Shown here one piece after another: positions 45,450 through 57,086 of a DNA stretch of 64,000 nt. The notes below the pieces were generated by a model. The model was not told the origin of the DNA. It searched no databases and was given only the letters and a program-made list of their open reading frames with translations. How positions within the stretch are numbered: the first letter of the stretch is position 1; every line of letters starts with the position of its first letter. The stretch lies in assembly GCF_009914755.1 (NCBI RefSeq), contig NC_060928.1; one strand, written 5' to 3'. This DNA comes from the human T2T-CHM13v2.0 reference genome, Homo sapiens. The translations under genes were made by a program, and so were the position numbers.

Positions 45450-46800
45450 TCCAGATAGTGCAAAGTAGTGGAGGTTCACGACTGAAAGAATTTGAAGACT
45501 CATGCACGAAAGGTATATATGGCAGCAATCAAACCCGAACTCAGCTAAACAGCCCGCTGTATTGATTATGACTCCCACACCAAAGACCTGACGAGAAAGA
45601 GAGAGGTCCCTTTTGGGGAGTAAATATTACTTAACTCACTTTCTATTGTTCCTTTATACATTTACTCACAAAATCAGGCATTCTATAAAAAATTACAGAG
45701 CATACAAAAGAGGAAAAGAGGTCACTACTGATAAATGAAATAGTGAACAGAATAGAACTAGAAATAGCCCAGATACTGGAACGATAAGAAAAAAGGTCTT
45801 TAAAATTTATCATTAATATGTTACGATATAACAGAAAAAAGTGGACAATAGATGAAAGATGGGGAACTTTAAGAGCACAATGACAGTAATAAGATTAAAA
45901 TAATTAAAATGCCAAAATAAAAAGCCTAAAATCAATAAACATGGAAAGTGGAGATAAATTTGAGCCCCAAATAAGCGAAAAAATAAATAAGAAAAGAGCA
46001 GAAAAAAACAAAAACCAGTCAAAGCAACCTGGTTCTTTGAAAATATCATTGTACTTGTTAAACATCCACCAGATTTATTTTTCAAAAGCCACAGTTGCTA
46101 ATATAAAGAAAGCCAGAGGGAGCATTACTATAGATCTTATGACATTAAATTGATAATAAGGGAATATTAGAACTATTTGCCAATAAATGCAACAGTTTAA
46201 ATGAAATTGACAAAATGATTAAAAGATGCCAACTTCCAAAGTTCAGACAAGAAAAGAGGTAACCTGAATAGCCCTAGATATATTAAAGAAATTGAATTTG
46301 CATTTAAAATTCTTCTCACAGAGAAAACTCCAGGCTTCACTGTTGAAGTCCGTCAAACATTTCAGAATGAATAGTAACAACCCTACAGAAATTCTTCTCA
46401 AATAAAGAAAAGAAGGAAGCATTTTCCAAGTCATTTTATGAAGTTAACCTCACCCCAAAATCAAAACTACACACATTACAAGAAAACTACAGATGAGTAT
46501 TCTCATGAGTCTAGACAAAGGGCAAAAAATAAAAAACCTTTACAAATGTTAGCAAATAACACCCAACAATATATAATAAGAAAAGTACACTAGACAAAGT
46601 CAAATTTGAAGTTCACTTAAATATGCAAAATGTTCAAGACTGCTTCAACATTAAAAATCAATTAATATACCATATCATATTTAGAAATAGTTTGTCAGCT
46701 CATTACAAATGCAATTAATAATATACTTACCATATGAGCCAATAATGCCATTCATAAGTATTTAACCAAGAAACAAGCTGATTTTATAAACTTTTAAAGG
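45450..46800 (+). mobile_element. Ancient L1M (L1M4/L1ME-type) fragments
   Basis: A-rich, diverged ORF2-like motifs ('aaatgaaattgacaaa', 'aacctgaatagccct', 'tcattttatgaag', 'ttcaacattaaaaatcaattaat'). Confidence 0.7.
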
Positions 46801-46821
46801 CATTCATCAGTCCAAAAAAAA

Positions 46822-49800
46822 TTTATTATTTTTTTCCAGCTTTATTGAGGTACAATAAATAAAAATTGTATGTTTCAAGGTGTACAATGTGATTATTACA
46901 TACACATTGTGAAATCTGATATGCCAAAACCAAGTTAATTAACACATCCCTCATATCTCAAATAGCTACCATTGTGTGTGTGTGTGGTGATTACACTTAA
47001 GATCTACTGTCTAAAAACACTCAAGTATATAATACAGTATTATTAACTACAGTCACACTCACACACTGTACATTAAATCCCCGGAACTTTTTCATCTCAT
47101 AATTGAAAGTTTGTATCCTTGACCAACATCTCATTTCTTCCACCACCTAGTCTCTGCCAAATGCTGTTCTACTCTCTGCTTTTACGAGTTCAACTTTTTA
47201 AGATTCTGTATATAAGTGATATCCTACAATATTTGTCTTTCTGAGTTTGGCTTACTTTACTTAGTATAGGTGAAATCTGTCCTCCAGTTTCATTCATGTT
47301 GTCACCTATGAAAATATTTCCTCTTTTTGGCTGAATAATATTCCATTGTACATATATATCACTTTTTATTAATTCACGAAGGACACTTAGATTGTTTTCA
47401 TATTTCATCTATTGTGAATAATGCTGCAATAAATATGCAGATACAGATATCTCTTCAACATATTGATTTTATTTCCTTTGGAAATATACTCAGAGCAAGA
47501 TTGCTAGGTTGTATTGTAACTCTGTTTTTAATTTTTTGTGGGAACTCTATACTACTTGCCATGATGGCTGTATTAATTTCCAGTTCCACCAACAGTGTAT
47601 AAGGCTTCCCTTTTTGACACCCTCACCAACATTCATCTCTGATCTTTTTGGTAATACCTTTTGTAGCCAAGTAAGGTGATATCTCTTTGTGATTTTGATT
47701 TGCACTTTCCTGATTATTAGTGATGTTGAGCATCTTTTCACATACCTATTGGACATTCATATATCTTCTTTGGAAAAAAAGTCTATTCATGTCATTTGAC
47801 CCTTTTTGAATTGTATTTTATTTGTTTTGGCATATTGAGTTGCATGCATTCTTTACATATTTTTGGATGTTAAGCCCTTATCTGATTTATGGTTCACAAA
47901 TAGTTTACATAGGTTGCCTTTTCATTTTCTTGATTATTTGCTTTGCGATGAAGAAGCTTTTTATTCTGATGTAGTCTCACTTGTTTATTTTTGCTTTTGT
48001 TGCCTGTGCTTTTGGTATCATATCCAAAAGATCATTGCCAAAACAAATGTCAAGGAGCCTTGTTCATATGTTTGTTTTCTAGGGGTTTGACTGTTTCAGA
48101 TTTTACTTTTACGTCTTTAATCCATTTTAAGTTAAATTTTGTGTATGATATAAGATAAGGGTCCAATTTCATTCTGTTTCATTTGTATATCAAGTTTTAC
48201 TACTACCATTTATAGTAGAGAATATCCAATATCCTTTTCTCATTTTGTATTCTTGACCCCTTTGACAAAGGTTAGTCTACCATTAAGTGCATTAATTGAC
48301 TTCTGATCTCTTTATTCTGCTCTATTGGTCTAAGTGTCTGTTTTTATGCCAGAACATACTGTTTCGATTACTATAGCTTTGCTTTGTAGTATATTTTGAA
48401 ATCAGGAAGTGTAAGGCTTCCAGCTTTGTTCTTCTTTCTAATCACTATTTTGGCTATTCAGGGTCTTTTGTGGTTTCATACACAGTATAGGATTGTTTTT
48501 TTATTTTCTATTTCTGTGAAAAATGTCATTGGAAATTTTACAAGGATTGCATTAAATCTATAATTAACATTGATTGTATGGATATTTTAAATTTTTTTAT
48601 TATTGAACAAAAATTGAACAAAATGCACAAAGCAAGAAAAGAATGAAGCAAAAAAAGCACAGATTTATTGAAATGAAATTACCCTCAGTATAGTGGGAGT
48701 GGGCTCAAGCAAGTGGCTCAAGAGCCAATTGTATGGACATTTTAACAACATTAAAATCTTCCAATCTACGAATATATCCATGGGTTATCTTTTCATTTAT
48801 TTGTGTCTTTTTCAAATTCTTTCATCAATATCTTAGTTTTCAGTGTATGGATTTTTCAATTCCTTGGTTAAATTTATTACTAGGCATTTTATTCTTTTTG
48901 ATGCTAATGTAAATTGGATTGTTTGCTTTCTTTTTCAGATACTTGGTAGTAGATTGAAATGCAAATAATTTTTTATATTGCTTTGTATGATACAATTCTA
49001 CTGAATTCATGTCTTAGTTCTGACAGTTTTTTTTTTGTGAAGTCTTTATAAGTTTCTACATATAAGATTATATCATCTGCAAACAAGGACAATTTAAATT
49101 CTTCAGTTCATATTTGAAAGTTTTACATTTCTTTTTCTTGTCTAATGCTCTGGCTAAGACTTCCAGTAATATGTTGATAGAAGTGATAAAAGTGGTGATC
49201 CTCTCTTGTTCTTGATCTTAGGAAAAAAACCTTCAGTTTTCACCATTTAATATAAGGTTGGCCACAAGCTTCTCATATATGTTCTTCATTAAGTTGAAGT
49301 ACATTCCTTCTTTACCTAATTTTTTTGCGAGTTTTTATCATAAAAGTATATTGAATTTTTCCAAATAGTCTTTCTCCATTTATTGAGATGATCATTTGAT
49401 TTTTACCATTCATTCTGTTAATGTCATATATCACACTTAATGATTGTTTTATGTTGAACAATTTTTGCATTCCAAAGATAAATCTTATTTGTTCATAGTA
49501 TATGGTCCTTTTCATTCACTGTTGAATTTGGTTTGATAGTATTTTTTGAATATTTTGACATTTAAATTCTTCAGGGATATTGGCTTATAATTTTCTTTTA
49601 TTGTAATTTCCTCTTCTGGCTTTGGTATTACGCCTCATAATATTCCAACCCGATAATATGAATTTGGAAGTGTTCTCTCCAAACTTTTTTTGGCAGAGTT
49701 TGAAATGAATTGGAATGAAGTCTTTTTTACATGCTTAGTGTAATTCACCTCAGGAAGCCATCTGTTCCTGGGCTTTTATTTGTTGAGAGACTTTTTTATT

Positions 49801-52800
49801 AATGTGTCAATCTTCACCCTTGTTATTGGCTTGTTTAAATTTTCTATTTCTTCTTAATTCGTTGTTGGTAGGTTGTATGTTTCTAAAAATTTATCTATTT
49901 TATTTAAGAAAAACGCTCTTACCTTTACCATTATTTTCTGTTGCCTCCCTAGTTTGTGTCTCATTTATTTCTGTTATAACTTGTACTGTTTCTTTCCTTC
50001 TGTTAGCTTTTAACTTAGTGTCTTTTTTCTGACATCTCAAGATGTACAGTTATTTGTTTGAAATTATTTTTTTTCGACGTAGGTATTTATCACTATAAGC
50101 TTTCCTCTTTGAACTTATTCTGCTGCCTCCCGTAACTTTTGATACGTTGTGTTTCAATTTTCATTTGTTTCAAGATACTTTTTTATTTCTCTCTTGATTT
50201 CTTCTTTGACCCATTGGTTGTTCAGGTATGTCTTGTTTAATTTCCTTATATTTGTGCATTTCCCAATGTTCTGTTGTTATTGATTTCCAGTTTTATACTA
50301 TTGTGGTAGAATACGACACTTGAAATAATCTTCTTAAATTTGTCAGCACTTATTTTTTGACCCAACGTATGATCTATCTTGGAAAATGTTCTGTGTGAGC
50401 TTGAGAAGAATGTGTATTCTGCTGCTGCTGGGTGAAGTCTTCGTTATGTGTCTGTTGGGTCCATTCATTTACATTTAAAGTTATTACTAATTTGCAAGGA
50501 CTTACTTTGCCATTTTGTTGTTTTCTGGTTGTTCTATAGTACCTTTGTCCCTTTCTTTCTCTCTTGCTGTCTCTTATTTAACTTGTTGATTTTCTTTGTA
50601 GTATTACGGTTTTATTCCTTTCCCTTTATATTTTACATATCTGTTCGAGGTTTGTGCTTTGTTAGTACCATGAGGTTTACATAAAATACCTTTGTTATAA
50701 TATAGTAGTCTATTTCAAAATTATAACTAACTTCAATGGCATAAAAACCCCACACATTTACTTTCCTCCTCCACATACATTTTATATTATTGAGGTAATA
50801 CTTTACACATTTTTATATCATGCACCAATTAATAAATTATCATAGCTATAGTTAGTTTAATACTTTTGCCTTTTAACTTTTTAATAAAGTTAAAAGTGAT
50901 TTATGCAGCACCATTTATACATCACCATTACAGTATCAGAATATCCCAATTTCACTATATATTTGTCTTTATCAGTGAGCTCAGTTTTACCATATATAGT
51001 ATTCTTAATTGGCAGTTATTTTTGTTTCAACACTTTAAATATACTAATCCATTCCCTTCAGGCCTGCAATGTTTCTGCTGAGAAACCCAAAGATAATCTT
51101 ATGAGAGTTCTCTTATAGGTGACAAACCACTTCCCTCATGCTGCTTTTAATTTTTTCTCTGTCTGACTTTTGACCATTTGATTATAACATATCTCATGGT
51201 TATTTTCTTTAGATTGACTTTGCATGGGGTTTTTTGAGTTTCACAAATCTAGATGTCCATATCTCAAGATTTGGGATGTTTCAGCCATTGTTTAAATATG
51301 CTTTCTACCACTTTCTCCCTCTCTTCTCGTTCTGAAAATTACATAATGTGTATATTAATTTGCTTTTTGGTATCCGATAGGTCCAGTATGTTTTCTACAC
51401 TGTTTTGCATTCTCTATTGATTGTTCCTCTGCTTTCTTCACTCTTTTTCATTTTCTGTTCAGTTGGTTCCTTTGTTTGTCTCACTTTAAACACCCTGTTT
51501 TTGAGTTCACTGATTCTTTTATTTGCATTACTAAGGCAGGTTTTAAAATTCTCTATGAATATTTCACTTCTGTCATTGTATTTTTCAATTCTAGAATTTA
51601 TGTTTGGTTCTTTCTTACACTTTCTATTTTTGTATGAGACTTCTTATTTTGTTCAACTTCTCATGTTTGTGTTCTTGATTTTGTTTAGTTGCCTACATGC
51701 ATTCTCTTGCATCTCATTGAGATGAAAGATTCTTTAAGATGAATTTCTTTAAATCAGGCAGCTTATAGATCTCCATTTCTTTCAGGCGTGCTACTAGAGC
51801 TTTATTAGTTTACTTGTGTGGTGTCATGTTTTACTTGTGTGGTGTCATTAGTTTCCTTGTGATCCACGTAGCCTTTCACTGGTGTCTGTGCATCTGAAGG
51901 AGTTAATGTCTCTCCGAGTGTGCAGACTAGTTTCAGCAGGTAAAGACCTTTTCCTGTTTTAGTGCCTTGGCTGATATGACTGCCATTAGGAATGTAGCTT
52001 ATTAGTATTGAAACCAGGTCACAGTATTGCTGCATGGTCCAATATCAGGTCCCTGGCTGGCAGGCCTGTTTCAGGGACTTAGGTAGTTGTGGATCCTGTC
52101 TGTTCCCTGAGAAGACTGGATTGTCTCCAGGACCTTGGCCAGTAGGGCTAGTGCTGGGACAAGGATACACCACTTCAGGCTCCACAGTAGGGTCCAAAGA
52201 CATGGGGACTGTTACCATGGCTTGGATGGATATGGCTCCCACTAGGTATCTGGGAGGTCTCCCATTCGGTCCCTGTAAAGATACCTGTGTTGGCAGTACT
52301 AGCCCCTAAATCACAGCTGAGGGGGTCTGAAACTGAGTCAGGCCTGCTTCAGGGTCCAGAGCTGATACTGAGGTCTGCAGGCCTACCTCTAGTGACATGG
52401 ATGGGCGTGAGTCCTGCTGGGTTCCAGGGTGGGCAGTACTGCCCCAGAGCATGAGTAAGCAGAGTTGCAGACAGGTTACTTGGCTGCTTCAGGATCTGCA
52501 GTCAGACCAAGGGACATAGATGGGTGTCTCACCCATTGGGTACTTGGGCAGGCAAGATTGTTCTCAGACTGTAGCTGAGAGGAGCTGGAGCCAAAGTACA
52601 GAGCTGCTTCAAGTGAGTCTCTCTTTGGGTTACCCCTTGTCCCATTTTCAGACCATGACTAAGAGGGACTGAGGATGAGTTACAAGGCCATTTCAAGATC
52701 CAAAGTCAGACTAGCGTAAGCATGCCTGCCTGCAGGGTCACCATGGATGTGTTCCCAAGAAGGTAATTAGGAGTGCAGAACTGTTGAGAGAGGCTAGAAC

Positions 52801-53330
52801 CAAGTTACAGGTCATTTCAGGATCTGCTCTGGGACCAGGTTAGTGGGCCTGCATCTGAGGGCATAGACAGGCATGTCAATGTGTGAGTCCCTAGCTGGGC
52901 AGGACCTCTCCTAGACTGGGACTGAGACAGGCTAGAGCCAAGTTCAGATCTGTTTTAGTATTTACTGTGGAACCAAGTTCAGCAGGCCTATTACCCAAAG
53001 TGTGGGTGTGTATGACTCTTTTCAGGTCCCTTGGTAGATGACGCTGGAGGTAGGACCAAGGCTAAAACGCATTGCAGATGTGTTCACAGGAGGATGGGAT
53101 TGTTCTGTGTCTGTGGCAGGGACCATGGTCAAGGAAGCTCTGCCACCTGGGTGCAGACCTTCCTTCTCAAAATGGCTCTCAGAGACACGCTGGGGTGTCA
53201 CAACCGAATACCTGAGTCCCAAAACTTTTACAAAGGTACTTTTATTTGTGAATGGCTGCCAAGTTACTATTGCTGGGGGAAATACCCAGTGGGGAGCCTC
53301 CTATTCTGTCGTATTGCTGATGTCACTCTC
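46822..53330 (-). mobile_element. Near full-span L1MA (L1MA8/9-like) with internal deletions and repeat-containing 5' UTR
   Basis: 3' end 'cagctttattgaggtacaat...cacttaagatctact', T-rich antisense ORF2/ORF1 remnants, and a GC-richer 5' region at ~51900-53330. Confidence 0.85.
48591..48727 (-). mobile_element. MER51-like ERV1 LTR fragment (R/U5 region) inserted with TSD
   Basis: Minus strand reads ggctcttgagccacttgcttgagcccactcccac...caataaatctgtgc...tttgttcaa then a short A-rich tail. TSD attgtatgga(t/c)attttaa at 48573-48590 and 48728-48745. Confidence 0.75.
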
Positions 53331-53686
53331 AAAGAAATTTTAGATTACCATAATCCTCTTCTCCATATTTAATTTAGTGTATATTCTATCAGTTCTTTTG
53401 TAATGCATTTATATCTACTGATTTTTAAGAAAAAATTGTATCATACAGAGCATACTCTGTGTATACTCAGAATGCTTGCAAAGAGTATATACTTTGCAAC
53501 CAATTTGTATTCATTTAAAAATATACCAAAAGCTACTATATCGTGTTTAATGCCTAGCACCCTGGTATATAAATATACCAAAATATTCCTCTTATTTTAT
53601 GTTGTACTTGCTTGTATTTTGGGGTTTTATTTTCATTTTCATTATTTCATTAAACTACACAGAACTGCCAACATTAACACGTTTGT

Positions 53687-54470
53687 TGTATTAGTTATCT
53701 ATTGCCATGTAACACATTATCCACAAATATAAGAGCTTAAAACAACACTCATTCATTAATCTCACACTATCCATGTGTCAGTAGTCTGGACACAACTTCA
53801 CTAGGTCCTTAAATCAGGGTTTCAAATGGCTGTAATCAAGGTGTCAACCAGCTGCATTCTTTTCTTTCTTTCTTTCTTTTTTTTTTACATTTATAGTGCC
53901 TCACTGAATTTATTGATTCCGTAAGTTTACATCATCTGTTTACAAGATGAATCATCTGTCTGAAATGGTGGCTGAGTGTAGCTGCAGACCTCATATTTTG
54001 TGCAGCTGCATTCTTTTCTAGAGTTCAGGGTTCTCTTCTGAGCTTTGATGTTTGTTGACAAAAATTAATTTCTTTGCTATTGTAGGAGTGAATACCTCAT
54101 TTTTTATATTATCAGGGTCCACTCTTGACTCCTAGGAGCCACTCACAGTTGTCAGATGGTCCTCACACAGGCCCTCTCATATACTGGCAGCTTGCTTTCT
54201 CAAGGCCAGCAGGACAATCTTTTCCCACAGTCTGCCTAAATGGAATTTTATATACTATGGCATTATCATAGTATATATGATTTATTTTTGCCATATAACA
54301 TTATCTTTGCCATATAACAGAAGCTAATCATGGGAATGACCTTCTATTACCTTTATCAAGGTTTATTGTTGAGAAGCATATCACAGTTTCCACCTACACT
54401 TAAGGGTAGAAGTTAATACAAAGGTGTGAGGGTGTGACTCATTGAGGGTTACCTTAGGGTGCATCTACCA
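53687..54470 (-). mobile_element. MLT1E/F-like LTR (MaLR), interrupted by a retrocopy
   Basis: 'tgtattagttatctattgccatgtaac', 'gctgtaatcaaggtgtc', 'ggcagcttgctttctcaaggccagc'. Confidence 0.8.
53866..54002 (-). pseudogene. 5'-truncated processed retrocopy of an unidentified polyadenylated RNA 3' end
   Basis: 116-nt body (53887-54002); AATAAA (plus-strand tttatt 53909-53914) 22 nt before the A-tail; perfect 17-bp TSD cagctgcattcttttct at 53849-53865 and 54003-54019. Confidence 0.8.
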
Positions 54471-56578
54471 GGCTTGGGTCAACTCTGGGTAGCCATGATA
54501 ATTTACCCAACCTTGAATTTCTAGCCTTGGGATGGATTATTACACACATTTTTGTTAAAGCTTTCATGGGTGCTTTCAATTTGCCTTTATCAGAGGTCAA
54601 ATTAAGTTTCAAATCTACCTAAATGCAGAATTGTGCACAGTTGTATAAATTCACCAATTTCAATAATATAGATTAAGGAGTACCTTCTCAGCTACTCAAA
54701 AATGATACTAAATGCAAAACAGACAAGTTAAACATCTATAAAAGTAGAAATTATTTTAAATTTACACATTTTAATTCATGACGTGAAATTTAGGCTATTA
54801 CTTATAAGGTAGATGAAATTAGAACAAAAGTGAAAATAAACTAATGGAAATTTAAGTGTGAGAAATCTATAGTTCATTAATTCTAAATTTGTACATAAAT
54901 GCTCAAAATTAAGTTTCCTTAATATTATTTTAAGATTGTACTCGAATGTCTTCATTGCCTTCAACCAGAAAAAAAAAAATCCCACAAAAGTGGGAATAAA
55001 CTTGTGAAATTTAAAGTTAAAATAATTAAGAAACTGGACAAAAATAAGGTTTGCCCCAATTAGCTATTTCCACTTCCACGCTCATCTGATGTTATGTTTT
55101 AAGTTTGTGTTCAAAAAATAAGCATGAAAAATGAAGTGAATCCCCAATGGCCTTTGCAAGAAAGTATTTTGATCCTTACAAAAAACATTATTTTCTTCAT
55201 TACCATTTATAAAGGACAGATCCAAACTGTGTAAGGCAAGCCTGCAGAAGACACCTCATTCTCTCCGATTCCAAAAGGGCCAACCAATGTGTGGCTTTGC
55301 AACATTCTTGACAACAATTCCACTAAGTTGCTGATGTCGCTTGTCTCACTAAAGAGTGTGCCTTCTATTCTTTTGTGTTTGGTCCATCTTTATGATATAT
55401 AAAAAATCTATGTCCATGGCTGTATTTAATTCCCTAAAACAGAATATAGCTGGAATCAGATTATACATATTTTTAGCCAACCATAGTAATATGGGTCTTG
55501 AAAATATATTTTCCTCTTGAAAATAAGAATGTCAAAATGGAGCTACGATGAATGAGATCCATTTGGTGTTATTAATACTATCATAAACTTCTTGTTGCTT
55601 AGTATCAAAAAAAATTAAAGTCTTTCTGTGGAGGTTCCTGTCACAACCCCCAAAGCCAGACTAGAATATCTGGAATGGCTATGGCCCTGCTAGATGACAT
55701 CCCTATGTGATAGTTTGGTTATAGATGTCTCAGAGCTTTCTGGAGGAAAATAGTGAACTCCCACCTTGTTGAAGTTATAGCTTCTCTAAAAAGTAAGAGT
55801 TAATGAATCCCATGTCTACGCAAATATGCCCACACATACATCTAAAATGACCAAATGTCAATTAGATGTAGAAGTACCAAAATCTGCATTTGGTTGATAC
55901 AAGGCCAGTATATACAATCTACAATTGGGATATTGCTCATAATAATTTAAAAAATTAGGAAAGAACATACTTTTTTGTTAGTTTTTATTTGTGTTTTTCT
56001 TTTATTTTGTAACGCTGTTTCAGATCTCTTAGTGTCCATGCTTTGAATCCTACCTCATCTCTTTGCCCAGCTCAGTTTCTGAGAACGATAGTTCAAATCT
56101 GATAACAGATTTCAGCTCACTCAAGGGCAGACTTTTACAGCAACCTACTTAGGTTACAAAATTAAACTCAATAAATTTGTCTCTAATGTAATAGATTGGA
56201 GCAAAAGTAATAGATTTAAATCCTATTTAATCAGACCTATAATATATGATTCTTAAGTTTATTTATTAATTTAAGAAGCTCCAGAAAACATATTAGGTAG
56301 TAGCTAAAAACACCCATCATTTTTTATGGAAAATATCCCATTATTCATATTGCATTGGCCATAAGTATATTTTTGTGTACATAATAAAGTGATCACTATT
56401 TGTATAGACTCATCAGAAAAACAAATCAGAAAAGTAAAAATTGCATTCAAGTTACTTGAAAGCAGCACAGCACTGATTGATGCCTGAAATTTCTAATACA
56501 TAAAGTCACAGAAATCATTGTTAGTATAAAAAATTTCAAGGAAGTATATTAGTTATGATCCTCAATATGCTAAATATT

Positions 56579-56583
<5 letters not shown>

Positions 56584-56620
<37 letters not shown>
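56584..56620. repeat. (TG)n microsatellite
   Basis: Pure run of about 18 TG units. Confidence 0.95.
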
Positions 56621-56623
<3 letters not shown>

Positions 56624-56631
56624 TTAGTAGA

Positions 56632-57040
56632 TGTAGTGTTCCCCAGACACCTCTTCAGGTATCTGATTCCCCAGCTGTGAGGTGTGTTAGCTGCTGATGG
56701 CTTATAGGTGAGATATTCTCCAGGTATTGCCTTCTGCCAATGGCAGCTGCCTAACCCAAAGGTACACTCCATCCCTGGGTTACCCATATTCAAATACTAG
56801 TCAATGTGCAAGAACAAAGACTGGCCCCTTGCCTCAAGAGATTGAATTCTTAAGAGCCATTTTAGCTCCACAGTTCTTCATGTGATTGGTTATGACAGCT
56901 GCTGTGAATTCATTCTAGGTCAGCTTCTTCCTCTACTCAGTTCTCTCGCCTTGTCCTCTCACAGATGTTTGCAAGAATAGCCCCCAGGAAAACTCTTCCA
57001 TTCAAATCTGAAAGCTGGTTTTCTGTGAAACCCAACTTAT
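56632..57040. mobile_element. ERVL LTR16-like LTR
   Basis: 'ccccagctg...gctgctgatggct', 'ctggccccttgcctcaag', 'aaacccaacttataa'. Confidence 0.7.
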
Positions 57041-57053
57041 AATGTGTGAAATA

Positions 57054-57084
<31 letters not shown>
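57054..57084. repeat. (TAA)n microsatellite
   Basis: Directly visible trinucleotide run. Confidence 0.9.

Positions 57085-57086
<2 letters not shown>

Noticed and set aside
49802-51725. Hydrophobic F/L-rich ORFs resembling membrane proteins
   Set aside because: Artefact of translating the T-rich antisense strand of an old L1.
51809-51848. Tandem duplication of tttacttgtgtggtgtcat (period 21)
   Set aside because: Simple local duplication within an old L1; no tail or inserted body.
52300-53000. Spaced repeats as a possible CRISPR-like array
   Set aside because: Units are long, degenerate over their full length and lack unique spacers; context is an L1 5' region in primate DNA.
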